DNA from: Ostrea edulis
Taxonomy: Eukaryota
Direction: 5' to 3'
DNA: 64,000 nucleotides
Assembly: GCF_947568905.1 (NCBI RefSeq)
Contig: NC_079172.1
Location: forward strand, 30,070,001-30,134,000
The translations under genes and the position numbers were made by a program. Below, piece after piece: positions 1 to 13,610 of this stretch; within the stretch, counting starts at the first letter, position 1; each line of letters opens with the position of its first letter. The notes under the pieces were generated by a model that saw nothing but the letters and a program-made list of their open reading frames with translations, made no database searches and was not told where the DNA came from.

Positions 1-1177
1 CTGATAAATGTAGACAGTTTGTAACAAACCTAATAACTGATTATGCCTTACCTCCTGCAAATTTGTAATATTATCAGTGGTTTACATCGATCACATGAAG
101 ACAACACCGAGTCAGTGGTAGCCATTAGGCTTTATACACAGTGAATAGACAAGTTACTTCCCTTGCTATGCTTTGGTTTCAAAGTTACAGACTGCTCTAC
201 TGTTACTACACAGCTAAAAACTCCAGCCAAAGAGATAAATTTCCTACTGTTAAAACTGAACACCGTTTCTCATGTCTCTTGTTTGTGATGTCATAGTTAT
301 TTCAGGTCACAGCGTCTCCTACATGATTGCTCAAAATCATGCAAGTTTCATTTCTCATGCATTTTTGTTGATTTTAAAATTGGCAGTTGATAAGTCATAT
401 TCCTTACGAACCATGCAACAGATAATACACATAGTCATAACCCATCATGCAGCTCATTTTTACACAAAAATACCAAGGTATCTAAAATCCACATATTTTT
501 TTCATATATAGGAGATAAAATGTAAAGTTTATCTAACCCGGTTAAAGCAATATGCACACATCATTCAACTTTTTAGAATATTTTTAAATACATGGCAGCT
601 GTAAATTTCATCGTTTTTATTTTATTTCATTCAACAGAAGACTTGCCTGTAAATGACAGTTGTAAAATAGCATCATGTATTCCTAATAAACAGAAATGAA
701 TGCGTCTATCCAGAAAGGCCGGAAAATACACGGTAGAAAGGGGGGGGGGGGGTGAATTAATTCAATGATTCATGGATAGTTTGTATGTCCTGATTGAAAG
801 TAAGGGTTGAATATAGAAAAACATCTGGAATTTGTTTTTTTCATAATTTTTGTTGTTGATCAGTTTAAGGAACAAGCAATTTTCGTGAACATATTAAATT
901 TGTACAAAACTACTCTGATGTGAACAATGCTTGTGATGTATATTTGCTTTATATAGCTTTTACCAATATCATGTATATAGGCAGTGTTGGTGCAATCCGA
1001 AAGTAGAGAAATGAGTTATCATTGAGTTAGTTCTTCACTGCATTGTATGTTGAAAGGGTAATGAAGCTGTTATTTTGTCCTGAATGATTTAAGTGCGATT
1101 ATGTTCCTAAATATGTGGACTGCAGGCATCTTGCATTTCTTTTAGAATTGGTGGCAAAACTGCAGGAATTGCATGCG

Positions 1178-1664
1178 TTTTAATTACATGTGTTTTGATT
1201 GCGTGGTTGGATTACATGTGTTTTAATTACATGTGTTTTGATTACGTGGTTGGATTACATGTATTTTAATTACATGTGTTTTGATTATGTGGTTGGATTA
1301 CATGTGTTTTAATTACATGTGTTTTGATTATGTGGTTGGATTACATGTGTTTTAATTATATGTGTTTTGATTACGTGGTTGGATTACATGCATTTTAATT
1401 ACATGTGTTTTGATTATGTGGTTGGATTACATGCATTTTAATTACATGTGTTTTGATTACGTGGTTGGATTACATGTGTTTTAATTACATGTGTTTTGAT
1501 TACGTGGTTGGATTACATGTATTTTAATTACATGTGTTTTGATTATGTGGTTGGATTACATGTGTTTTAATTACATGTGTTTTGATTACGTGGTTGGATT
1601 ACATGTGTTTTAATTACATGTGTTTTGATTATGTGGTTGGATTACATGTGTTTTAATTACATGT
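1178..1664. repeat. 43-bp minisatellite (~11 copies) built from three diverged 14-15-bp subunits
   Basis: Unit GTGGTTGGATTACATGTG-TTTTAATTACATGTG-TTTTGATTAC recurs with a 43-bp period. Confidence 0.9.
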
Positions 1665-2361
1665 AGCTGATTCCTTTAATTTTCTGATTTAATCATAACA
1701 TAGGAATGAATAGGTCATAATCTAATTGGACAGGTTAATATATATATTGTCACATATTTATAAATTTATCAAAGACATTTGGGGTAATCTTTGTATGTAC
1801 TTACATTTCTATTTTCTGACCAATAACTGAAGTAAACAGTTTCTTATACATTTTTTTTTTACGAGATGTATCTTTTAGTAAATGATTATAGGTTGTTTTT
1901 TTCTCTCTCTCTTTTTTGCGATACTGTTAGTTTATTTAGTGATGTAAAATATAGCTGTATAAATGTGTTCGTGTGCAATACCCTAGTATGTATCATATTG
2001 ACTTCTAGGACAGTCATATATATTGTATTGACTCGATAACTGGTATAATCAGAAATCAGGTGATTTATTGTTGAAAAAAGCATTCTGCAGAAATCGAGTG
2101 GCCATATTATTATTGGATATATTGTGGAATCATTGTAATTCGTGGGGGGGCCAATGTTTGTGGGTAAGGAAAATTTTGCTGGTTCATGGATACGTAATTT
2201 TGTGGGGAAGGGATATGGTGTCACCAGGAGAAATAACTCTACTTGGTTTAAATGTTTTGAGGACACGTGCATATGTTGGTAAGAATGACCCACGGACATC
2301 AATCCCCCACAAACAATGAGGATTTCACAGTATTTAGAAACAAGCAGAATGTTTATATATA

Positions 2362-2580
2362 CAGTCACACACATAGACACACAGACAGGCAGACACACAC
2401 ACAGGCACACACACACACATAGACACACACACAGACAGGCAGACACACACACATAGACACACACACAGGCACACACACAGACAGGCAGACACACAGATAG
2501 ATGCACACACAGACAGACACACAGGCACACACACACACAAGCAGACACACATAAACACACACACAGGCAGACACACACAG
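2362..2580. repeat. Compound CA-rich microsatellite (CACA/CAGA/CAGG)
   Basis: Direct inspection; it explains the spurious VC-rich ORFs. Confidence 0.9.
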
Positions 2581-5500
2581 AGGCAGGATTCATTCTTGTG
2601 TTACCCTGCGATCAGGGAAATAATGTTAAGTTTATCTCTCATGTAACCTGCTTTCATATAGTTTTAAATTTCTGCTTTATTCAACTTAATGTCATTAATG
2701 ACAGTCTATGTGATTAATAGTTGCCCATTGTGGGCATATAAATTGTTTTTGATGAGCCTGAAAGAAACATGCACAAAAAATGGGTGTGAATAAAACGTTT
2801 GATATGGATTAAATTAACATTTTTTCAAAATCCTATGAAATTATTGATAAAGTTATCAATATTTAATATTTACATTTTTATTGTTTTTGCCTTCAATTTC
2901 TTTACAAATTGTAATGAAAGCCATTTCTTCATGAACAAATTACAATTAAAAACAGTGCATGTATGAATCTTGATACGTTATGAATCTTGATACATATAGT
3001 ACATAACTATTTTAACGGCTTGGAATTCTGACAGAAATGAAAGTAGAATGTAAATATAAGAAATGTTTCCCTTTTGATATTACACGGCATGAACTGCAGC
3101 ACTTCACAGCAGCATACTTTTCATGAAGTTTGCTGGCATGAAGCATCACAGTTTATTTACATATTTTCAAAATTGAAGTTTATTTCTTAAATCAGATATT
3201 GTTTGAAATAGACAAAGTCTCCTGTTGAGTGCTGACAGTTTTATTCACACCAGGGTTTTTTTTTTTTGTGGCAGTGTATTTGACTACATCTTCATTTAAG
3301 ATCGGTTTCTTGGTAGCCAATCAGAACTGTACAGAATCTCAGGGCTCTTTTACACATAGAAAATATAACTTTCAGTCAAACAATCTTGATTTCAGTTTAT
3401 CAGGGTAATGAAATTGATGTAGTGAATGTCATCTGAGCTTTCTGCAATTCCATGACAGCTTTAAAGTCTGAGTTTATTATTTTTCTATGACTTGCAAACA
3501 AAACAAACTACAATCAAACATCGTTATCTCGAATTCAATGGTGCAGAGAATTTTTTTTTAAAGATATGATTGTGAGGGTTCAAGATATTTAGGTTAAAAT
3601 ACATATAGAAAATATGATTTTGAACTTCCAACTCACTTTGACACATCCATAGTATTCGAGATATCGATGTTCGAGATACTGAAGATCAATTAACTGTATA
3701 CCTACAATGTCACGTTGCTGGTTTGATTTTTAAGAAAGGCTTTGTAATGACCTACAAAAATTTTGATTTTGTGTATCGCAGGAATATTCAGGTGCTTTAA
3801 TGATTTAAAGTTGAGTTTTTCTCAATTTGTACTGTTGTTGATAATATCATATGTTTACTCTCCATTTGAAAGCTTTCCAACAGATTTCATTTTGTTTTAT
3901 ATCAAATCAGCATAAAATGCTAGTCGATTTTTTGTATATAATATATCCCCATCAGTTAATCAAGCATTTCATCTCTTTTTTTAGTCCTGGTGCTTTATTT
4001 TCATGTACATGCTTGACTAGAATCCAATATTGCAGCTTTTTAAGTGGTGGTTCCAGTATAGACTAGGACCCAAGAAAATTTGCTCATAGCTGTGTATTTT
4101 TGTATACACATGTGTTTGTTTTTCTCTGTTTTATCCACAGTTTATTTTTGTTATGATATTCATTTGTTCTAGTGAAGTTTTTGGTCAGTACATAGTAAGT
4201 ATGAAGTTTGTTAAAACTTTTGCGATCAGACTTCTGTCCATATTACTGAGATCACTGGTCATTAGAATATTCAGATGTTGAATTAATGAATATGTATTAA
4301 AGTAACAAAGAGGTACTTAACTTGTGACTTGTTTAGACCCCATTTGTATGATTTGTATTTGTACTTTGAATTTGTTATTAGCAATTTAAATTGAAAAAAA
4401 AATATATAAGATTTTGCATTTTCAACTTTGTATTTTCACCTTCAGATTATTTTTTTTTTAAAATCTACATCACTTTTTCAGCTAAGACATAGCTTTACTA
4501 TATGCATGTTTCAGAATTTAGTAATATATGTGAAGTTCACAGATGTATGTTTTTATTGAGGTTTTTTTTTAAAAATTAGATATGAACCAAAGTTTTACAA
4601 GTTCTTTAAGCTAAGACGAGCTCTACATAATATTACGTAGACTAATGAACCATGTCAAAGGTGTTTCCAGGAGTAACTCCGAAAATTATTTAATTTTTCC
4701 TCTGGTATTACCAATGTGTAAAAGATTTATTTATAAAGATATCCGAGTTACCTAACTTTTTATGATGACCTTGCTTTTAACGGCATTTGTTAAAAACAAT
4801 TTTTTAAAAATGATGAAAACCGTGTGTTTAGAAGTAAAATGAATAGAATTTACCGTATGGAATGTAATTTATTCCCACAATTTCTCAATTAAGTCCAAAA
4901 CAGTGAGGAAAATTTATATAGTTATATAGGGAGGAATAGTATATTTGAACATCATAGAAAATTTACAAATCTCTTATTTTTTAGGAATCTTATATTTGTA
5001 CTTATTACAACCAACCAAACTAAAATATATTATATTAACCCATGCATGAACTGACTGACATGGAGGTCTTGATTTTCAAATAATCCATAAATATAATCAT
5101 GAGGTGAATAAAAGACAACAGAATTTCCATATTTTGTTCGTTTTTAGGTTGACATTAGATTTCTCGGCCCTACAATTAACTACGTTTTGTATCGTAACTC
5201 TGTTTTAGCTGATACTTCAGATTGGTTGATTTTCTTCTAGCCTTCCATTGTGATTTGTAGGACAACTGGGTTTTTTTTATTGGTGATTTATGTTTTTATT
5301 ATGGATGGCACATGCAGTGAAAAGTTTTGATTTATTCAAAGAGAAGTCATTGGGTTTTTAAATGTATTTCATGTAAATTTCAATCAACAGGTGGTAAGTT
5401 CAATTCTTATTGAGTAAATTCTCAATCAGTGTTAATGAAATATAAAATGGATAAGGAAACGTGATTGACATGGAGGTTCCCAGAAACACACTTGACATGG

Positions 5501-5708
5501 TTTCCAGTGCCTATTTTGTACTTTGCTGTTGTATGTTAGTTTTAGAATTTTTATTGCTATGTATTGGTTATTACGGCAGCATGTTGTAATCTTTGTTATA
5601 TCACTGCTGAAAAATAAATTTGAATGATCATCTGGGTTTTATTACAATATTCATCTTGGAAATAGCACCGTATATCAGGATTTACTACAAGGTAATGTTG
5701 TATTTTAA

Positions 5709-6670
5709 AAAAGAGGCCTATGGGCCACATCGCTCACCTGAGTTACTATGGCCCTGCTATTGTTCAACTATTGTCATTTTTAAAAGAGTTATTGCAATCT
5801 TCATTCCCATGAAAATTTTTGACTCCATAATGTGGTCTCAACCTAGCCCCATAGGGTCACGACATAACAATGCCACAAAGTAAAAAAAAATCATGGTATG
5901 AAATGTAAGGTCTTGCCCTAGGAACCATTTAGAGAATATGAAAGCCCTACCTTAAAAATTTAGGTAGATATTGCCTAGACCTGCTAGATTTTCTTGAAAG
6001 TAGATCAAACTTCAAGGTCAAAGACTGGTACCAAAAAGGACTTATCACAAAAAAGATTTAATCCACAGAGCTAAAGAACATTTGCACTTTGATTTGATTT
6101 AATTGCTTTCTTGAGAAGAATTTGTTTTCACTGATTTCCTATACATATCATATCAAACTTTGATCTATTATGACTCCACCCTACCTCTGGGGCTCCTGAA
6201 TTGAAGGTGCTTGCATATAGATATGACAAATCATGGCTCCGATGTCTTGAGAAGATTTTTAAAGATGTTTTTCTATATATTCCCATATAAAACTTTGATC
6301 CCCGAATGTGGCCCCATCCTACCCCCAGGGTAATGATTTGAACAATCTGCACTATTATTCTTGAGAATAAGATATTTCATATATATCCATATAAAAATTT
6401 GATCCCCCATTGTGGCCCCATTCTACCCACGGGGATCATGATTAAACAAACGTGAATCTACACTATCACTGACTATGTCAGGAGGCTTTGATATAAATCT
6501 CAACTTTTCTGTTCCAGCGATACAAGAATTTTAAATGACCCCACAATTTATCTTTTTGTTGAGTATCTCCCTTTTCGAGGTAGCATAGGCCTTCAATTAA
6601 ACAAACTTGAATTCCTCTTTACCCAAGGATGATTTGTGCCAAGTTTGATTGAAATTGGCCCAGTGATTAA
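5709..6670 (-). mobile_element. Degenerate non-autonomous Helentron-type (HINE) element
   Basis: Starts AAGAGGCCTATGGGCCACATCGCTCACCTGAG, the reverse complement of the terminus type seen at ~8660-8697 and ~49350-49393; internal satellite-like units. Confidence 0.5.
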
Positions 6671-6673
6671 GAT

Positions 6674-8230
6674 TTTTAGGTTACCTGAATTATTCAGGTG
6701 ACCTATTGCTATCTGTTTTTGTCCGTCGTCGTGCGTTAACATTTGAACATTTTCAGCTTCTTCTCTAAAACCCCTGAACTAATTTCAACCAATTTTGGCA
6801 TATAGCATCTGTGGGTGGAGGGGAACAAAAATTGTGAAATTCGTGGTCCCTGCCCCCCTGGGGCCTGAGGGGTGGGGCAAAAACCATCAAAATGAGTGTA
6901 ATTTTAAAAAATCTTCTTCTTTACTCCTGGACACCAAGAAGCCAAACTGTGGGCATAATTATAATGAGCGTTGAGCCCTCTACCAAAATTGGGAAATTCA
7001 TGGCCCTGGGGCAGGGGTTCTTGTGTTAGGGTGGGGCTCTATTGGTCATATAGTGAAAATGTAGAAATTCTTTGAAAATCTTCTTCTCTGTCTCTGGGTA
7101 TTAAGTAGACAAACTAATAGCATGGTAATGATGAGCAAGGATGCCTCTTTATACCCCCCGCAACAAGTTGTTGGGGGGGGGGGGTCCGTCTGTCCGTCCA
7201 TCCGTCTGTAGACGCAATGGTTTCCGGGCTCTAAAGCATTATCCTTTCCACCTACCGTCACCATATCATATATATGGACTACCCATGGGATGAAGATGTT
7301 CCCTATCGATTTTGGGGTCAAAAGGTCAAGCACACTGGACATCGAAGTAGCAATATGGTTTCCGGGCTCTAAAGTGTTATCCTTTCCACCTACCGTCACC
7401 ATATCATACATATGGACTACCCATAGGATGAAGATGTTCCCTATCGATTTTGGGGTCAAAAGGTCAAAGGTCAAGTGCACTGGACATTGAAGTAGCAATA
7501 TGGTTTCCGGGCTCTAAAGCGTTATCCTTTCCACCTACAGTCACCATATCAAACATATGGACTACCCATGGGATGAAGATGTTCCCTATCGATTTTGGGG
7601 TCCAAAGGTCAAGCGCACTGGACATTGAAGTAGCAATATGGTTTCCGGGCTCTAAAGCGTTATCCTTTCCACCTACAGTCACCATATCATATATATGGAC
7701 TACCCATGGGATGAAGATGATCCCTATCGATTTTGGGGTCAAAAGGTCAAAGGTCAAGCGCACTGGACATTGAAGTAGCAATATGGTTTCCGGGCTCTAA
7801 AGCGTTATCCTTTCCACCTACAGTCACCATATCATACATATGGACTACCCATGGGATGAAGATGTTCCCTATTGATTTTGGGGTCAAAAGGTCAAAGGTC
7901 AAGCGCACTGGACATTGAAGTAGCAATATGGTTTCCGGGCTCTAAAGCGTTATCCTTTCCACCTACAGTCACCATATCATACATATGGACTACCCATGGG
8001 ATGAAGATGTTCCCTATCGATTTTGGGGTCAAAAGGTCAAAGGTCATGCGCACTGGACATCGAAGTAGCAACACTCAGAAAAGAGGTAGTTTATACCTAT
8101 TACCAACACCCTTTGGGAGATTGGGGTAAGCGGGGGGTATTCTTAGTGAGCATTGCTCACAGTACCTCTTGTTAAAAATTGTGAAATTCATGGCCCCTGG
8201 ATCAGGGGTTCTGGTGCTAGGGTGGGGCTC

Positions 8231-8280
<50 letters not shown>

Positions 8281-8697
8281 GTCCTTGGGTATTAAGTAGA
8301 CAAACCAATAGCATGGTTATGATGAGCAAGGATGCCTCTTTCAAAATTGTGAAATTCATGGCCCCTGGGTCAGGGGTTCTGGTATTAGGGTGGGGCCCTA
8401 TTGATCATATAGTGAAAATGCATTTTATTTCTTTGAAAATCTTCTCCTCTGCTGCTGGGTATTAAGTAGACAAACTAATAGTATGATAATGATGATCAAG
8501 GATGCTTCTTTCAAAACTGAAATTTATGACCCCTGGGTCAGGGGTTCTGGTGCAAAGGTGGGGCTGACCACATAGCTATTCAATGTTTCTTCCATCCAAA
8601 AGTAAAATTCTTATATTTAAACACAAACCTAATTCAAACATTGGAAGGTTGTTACATGATACTCAGGTGACCTATAAGGCCCCTGGGCCTCTTGTTT
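6674..8697 (+). mobile_element. Non-autonomous Helentron-type element carrying ~167-bp satellite units
   Basis: 5' TTTTTAGGTTACCTGAATTATTCAGGTGACC hairpin then GTCC repeats; tandem AAAATTGTGAAATTCATGGCCCCTGG... units; 3' CAGGTGACCTATAAGGCCCCTGGGCCTCTTGTT. Confidence 0.7.
7149..8173 (+). mobile_element. Nested second Helentron-type element with six 138/145-bp tandem units
   Basis: Interrupts a satellite unit at a T-run; TGGTTTCCGGG unit starts at 7218, 7356, 7501, 7639, 7784, 7929; 3' hairpin GTGAGCATTGCTCAC then CTCTTGTT. Confidence 0.75.
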
Positions 8698-9303
8698 AAA
8701 GATGCCACTCTTTTATTTTAAAACTAAGTCTTGATGATCTCAACATTATCTACCCCCCCCCCCCCCCCAATCTTTTATTTTGAAATTGGCCCAGTGATTC
8801 TTTAGAAGATATTTACTAATTTTTTATTATCTCAATTTCATCTACCCTCCCCCCTTTTTAGAGAGAGATTACAGTTTTGCAATCAATACATTGTAAATGG
8901 GGTTTAAAACCTGAAAAAAACCTGGAACATCAATCCAGTTACCGCAACTCGAAAGATCTATGTAAACTTGGCTCTAACCTTGAACGAGTTGAAAATAAAG
9001 AATAATGAAAGGTATCTCTAAATGGGGTTATTTCCCTTTCACGAATACTTTCTGTAAACGGAGTATAATTTACAACTCATAACGGATAAGAGTGCGAGTG
9101 TGTGTGAGTAATTACAAACACTTGGATATACACATGTATATTATACGACAGGAACGTGCTTACAAAACAAACCTCCGTTTAGCATATTATGTTAAATATG
9201 TTAAAAAAGCATGATTGGCGATGTACAAGGTCCACTCTCCCAAAACGCAGACTATTCAAAAATTAATATCTTGAATAGTTTCACATTTTCCATAACATTT
9301 TTT

Positions 9304-9550
9304 ATGTATTTGGATAACAATCGGTAAGTTTTTGATGCATTTGGATAACAATCGGTAAGTTTTTGATGCATTTGGATAACAATCGGTAAGTTTTTGATGT
9401 ATTTGGATAACAATCGGTAAGTTTTTGATGTATCTGGATAACAATCGGTAAGTTTTTGATGTATCTGGATAACAATCGGTAAGTTTTTGATGTATTTGGA
9501 TAACAATCGGTAAGTTTTTGATGTATTTGGATAACAATCGGAAAGTTTTT
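9304..9550. repeat. 31-bp minisatellite (~8 copies)
   Basis: ATGTATTTGGATAACAATCGGTAAGTTTTTG repeated, no spacers. Confidence 0.9.
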
Positions 9551-9559
9551 GCGTAATAT

Positions 9560-11005
9560 TACAAGAGCAGCATTTTCAATAAATTACCAACAAGGATTGT
9601 TATCGATTCTTGTAAGACACATTTAATATCCCAGTCAATGGGTCAGATGAAAATGAGTCACCGTACCTAAATTGGATTAAAAAAAACTACATAAATTCCT
9701 TACAAGCAATGATACATTGATGGATCCAGTAAGTGTTCTACCAAGCCCTTATCTTTGATCCTCACGAAAATATTAACAGCGGCCACTACATATGCCACAT
9801 AAGTGTAAATTATATGTGGATTTTAAAAAATTATAAAGAACTTTTGGTAAATTTGAAATCGCAAAACTTTTCTCAAATCAACAACATCAATACATATGAC
9901 TTTTCAACACTTTACACGGCAACTCCTCACGATAAATTAAAGACTGGACTTTTTGATATCATAGACAGTTGCTTCTTCGACAAAAATGGAAAACGGAAAT
10001 ATTCATATCTATTGATCAGTCATAAAAAAAATAGTTTGTTAAACACCACTCTGATTCCGCGCACAAGTACTCTGAAGTTGAAATTAAAAAATATGCTGGA
10101 CAATCTAATTAAAATCAGATCCTAGGATACGCTCCCAATCACTATACGCAAAGTATACGGCGCGGATCTAAGAAGTCTGATTTTAATTAGATTGTATGCT
10201 GGAGTTCCTCATTGACATTATCTTCGTAGTTTTTGGTGATCAGGTCTTCCAACAGTCTGTTGGAATTCCCATGGGCACGAATTGTGCTCCTTTGTTAGCT
10301 GAGAAGAAAAAATCGACGACGAATTATCTATCAAAAATAATAATTTTCATTCATCTGTCGATTCGATATATCCCTGTGAACTCGAATTAAAAGACACCAC
10401 AGAGTCGTCCTCTTCTGCTTCATGCCTAGATATAGAATGTGGATATTAATTAACGGCAAACTGACAACTCAACTTTATCACCAACGGGATGATTTCAACT
10501 TATCCATCGTCAACTTCCCATATTTATGTAGCAATATTCCATTATCACCTGCATATGGTGTTTAGATCTCTCAAATGATTCGATACGCATGAGCTTGTTC
10601 TGCGTATGATCAGTTTTTAAATCGACGCAGGCACTGACAAACAAGTTGATAGTGCATGGGTTTCAACAGTCTCGTTTAAAGTCAGCATTTCGCAAATTAT
10701 ATGGTCGTTATAATAAGCCAGTTTGCCAATACAACCTATCATTAGGTCAAATGCTGTTTGACGTGTTTCATACCGATTGTTAGACCGTTCTTGGCACATT
10801 GATTTTCACTACGGATAACTTCGTTTACCTGATCAAGATTTAGGGCTCACGGCGGGTGTGACCGGTCGACAGGGGATGCTTACTCCTCCAAGACACCTGG
10901 TCCCACCTCTGGTATGTCCAGGGGTCTGTGTTTGCTGATCTCTCTATTTTGTATTGCATATAGGGGTTATTAGATTGATCACTATTCGTTATCTTTACCT
11001 TTCAT
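9560..11005 (+). pseudogene. Decayed Penelope-like retroelement reverse transcriptase (Naiad/Chlamys-like, tentative) with 3' end
   Basis: Fragments YDFSTLYT..PH and MLEFLID..FQQSVGIPMGTNCAPLLA; frameshifts and stops; 3' tail GGGCTCACGGCGGGTGTGACCGGTCGACAGGGGATGCTTACTCC shared with 50638-50846. Confidence 0.7.
10101..10194. mobile_element. 94-bp MITE inserted in the RT pseudogene
   Basis: 19-bp TIR CAATCTAATTAAAATCAGA; 9-bp TSD TATGCTGGA at 10092-10100 and 10195-10203. Confidence 0.9.
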
Positions 11006-11393
11006 ACTCAACCCAAACTAAGTTTGAAAATTATAGCGATTTCACAATCTCGTTAATATGAAGCGTAAAATAGAAACTACAGACATATAATTTACCTTCA
11101 CACCAGTTTATTGGATAAATGTAAATATACGCAGCAATAAAATTTGACATGAAACAAAACAAAAACAAACAGGGCATGGTTGTATCTTAGAGACACTAAG
11201 CTAAACAACGATGTTTATCACAGCTCATAGACGTTGTCTTTGTTATTTTCATTACAAGGCGAAATATATACTGTTATTGCTACAGGCAATGGACACAGTA
11301 TCGAAAGTGTTGAATGAAAATAAATCCTCAATACTTATACTTCATGCAGTCTTCTCCCCTCTTATTGAAATGTTCCAACAATCGGAAAAGTGC

Positions 11394-11789
11394 TTACTGA
11401 AACGAAAGACATTCACCGATAGCTTGGAGACCAAACACAACCACAAAGGACCTCCAACTCTGGACAACCTTTGGTGGAACGTACATCATTTTTGCTACCC
11501 CGAATCCATTCTGAATTATGGCCTCAAAAATAACGTTAGAGGTGAAGGACCTTCCATCTACATTATCACAGTATCCTGTTGGAGCGGCACCATTAATACC
11601 ATTATGTCGCAACTGCATGGCAATCGCAAATTTGTTATTGTAATGATTTTTATACTCCACCTTACTAACAATTTGCCCAGCTGTCACTTTTGTTGTCGTG
11701 ATGGAGAGGTTGTTTGTTGTCTTGCCATATTTTTGTGGATGGCAATTGCACGTTTCCAATGATTCTTCAGATGTCCGTGGAGTAGGACT
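11394..11789 (-). CDS. Host RING gene, probable exon 2 (unknown domain)
   Basis: Acceptor TTTTTAATAG at 11790, phase 0 matching the exon 1 donor; open frame to TAA 11396-11394, or a GTAAGC donor at 11397 leading to a short exon ~11279-11251. Confidence 0.55.
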   Translation of the reverse strand, partial: SPTPRTSEESLETCNCHPQKYGKTTNNLSITTTKVTAGQIVSKVEYKNHYNNKFAIAMQLRHNGINGAAPTGYCDNVDGRSFTSNVIFEAIIQNGFGVAKMMYVPPKVVQSWRSFVVVFGLQAIGECLSFQ

Positions 11790-12355
11790 CTATTAAAAAT
11801 ACATTTCAGTATTTCAGTTACATATTTTATTGCACAAGACTATTTTACACATATCATGGAGAATACAGAAATATGATACTCGATTTTTCTCTCACACACA
11901 TACAAACACACACATGCACGCGAGAAAATATAAATAAATTCATGATATGTACTAGGTATCAACAACATTCTCATCGCTGAATAGACGCCAGAAAATGAAC
12001 GGAAATTAACATCTGTTGAAATGATTTAATTAAATACACAACCTATGCAAATATTGCTGACTGAATTGATCAATTATCATACAGTCTAAAAACAGTTAGT
12101 CATACTTAAACGGATTATTATATGAATTTAGATCCACTACATGCAGATACATATACCCATAGATATATAATTCATTATCAGCAATAATCGGATTGATTGG
12201 CTTGCATACATAGTAGAAAATCGAAACTGGATCCAGCCGACAACACGCCTTCTCTCTTTAACTATCATGAATGTAGTTCTTTTCTTATCATCATACAAAC
12301 ACTGGTTTATCAATTATAAATAAAAACACGCAATACGTGTAAAAATTATACTTAC

Positions 12356-12709
12356 CATTTTCAGAAAACTGTTTCTCCTCAGCATCTTTAATATCTCGGA
12401 TGCCACTTTGTTTCTCGGCGCCCATCGTGTAAGATTCATCAGCTTCATTGAGTACTGACACCCGGGAATTTGACAGTGAAGAGTACCCCCATCTCCTCGC
12501 TTGTTGTTCAAGGGGAACTTCATTCGCCATTCCCGAGCAGTTTTATCTCTCAGCTGGATCAGACACTCCTCGCAGAACGTGTGACCGCACGGCAGAATCC
12601 GTGGCTTTCGGAAATATTGATGGCAAATATGACACCGTAAAATCACATCGTAATCCAAAACATCGGTTTCAACGCTCTCATCGAGTCCCGATCCCCCCGG
12701 GTCACTCAT
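12356..12709 (-). CDS. Host RING-finger (C3HC4, TRIM-like) protein, exon 1
   Basis: CHIC...PRILPCGHTFCEECL...C..PGC; donor ATG|GTAAGT at 12355. Confidence 0.8.
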
Positions 12710-13368
12710 TCTGGGAGAGGAGGTCAGAATCCTCTACTTCACTTCGGTATACAAATGTTAAGACATTTGATCAATTTTTTCCTATTGTTGCAGACTCCGG
12801 TCTAGGTAAGCGGCGGTATCGATCGTCTGCTCAGCCCGCCAGCTGACTGATCAGTGTTGAAAGCATCTTCAATGCAGGAAAATTACACCCTGTTACCTTA
12901 ATAACAACACCTTAATACCATGCCTTTGATCGACGTGGTATTTACAGTACCTCGATAATGTTACAGTTTATTTGATAATTGAGGTCAATTATTGTCCGGC
13001 GGACGTACACTTTGATCATAGATTCAATCGTTTAATTTCAGCGTGCTCAGCAATCATGCATAGGATGTCAATAAGTCAATACCCCCACAGCCCCCCCCCC
13101 CTCACCCCTCCTCCACGAGCCCGGCAGTTTGTTAGTGTGTTCGAGCGTTCCCGTGTGCAAAGTTTATCTGATTTTTATCAAACTTGTCTTAAGGAATCCC
13201 CCTTATGTGTAACGAACATAGAGTTCTGTGTCTTGTGCTATTGATGTTGATAAAGCTCTATTTTCAAGAAGGTAACCTGGTTACTACAAACACTGTTTCC
13301 CCCCGGGGCCTTCTGTCAAAGAACATACATTTAATTATACATTGTATACATGTAATTAATTATATACA

Positions 13369-13610
13369 TGTCCCGTGAGGATCCGTGTGAGAATTGATCC
13401 TTAGTACATGCTTATCGTAAGTTTAACAGGCGACTATATGGGGCGGTCTTTCGGAATGATCGCAAAAACCGAGACCCGTCTCACAGAGGGTGTGGCACGA
13501 TAAATAAAGACCGTTAGGGGCGAGGATAGGCCTAATTTTTGCAGCCCTTCACCGGCAATGGTGACGTCTCATGTGAGTAAAAATTCTCCGGAGGGACGTT
13601 AAACAGTACA
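13369..13610 (+). mobile_element. SINE (Meta/Deu-domain type, tentative)
   Basis: CGTAAG..AGGCGACT and AAAACCGAG.CCCGT..GTGGCACGATAAA core; second copy inverted at ~36018-36283. Confidence 0.6.

Noticed and set aside
1-68. Possible last exon DKCRQFVTNLITDYALPPANL*
   Set aside because: Too short to identify; the upstream context lies outside the window
1886-2593. 235-aa and overlapping VC-rich ORFs
   Set aside because: Translations of a CA/GT microsatellite
7046-8129. Repeated ORFs and a possible CRISPR-like array
   Set aside because: Contiguous satellite units with no unique spacers and no cas genes; eukaryotic context
9252-9537. Repetitive minus-strand ORFs
   Set aside because: Products of the 31-bp minisatellite
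11211-12846. Plus-strand ORFs of 183 and 132 aa
   Set aside because: Antisense shadows of the RING gene exons
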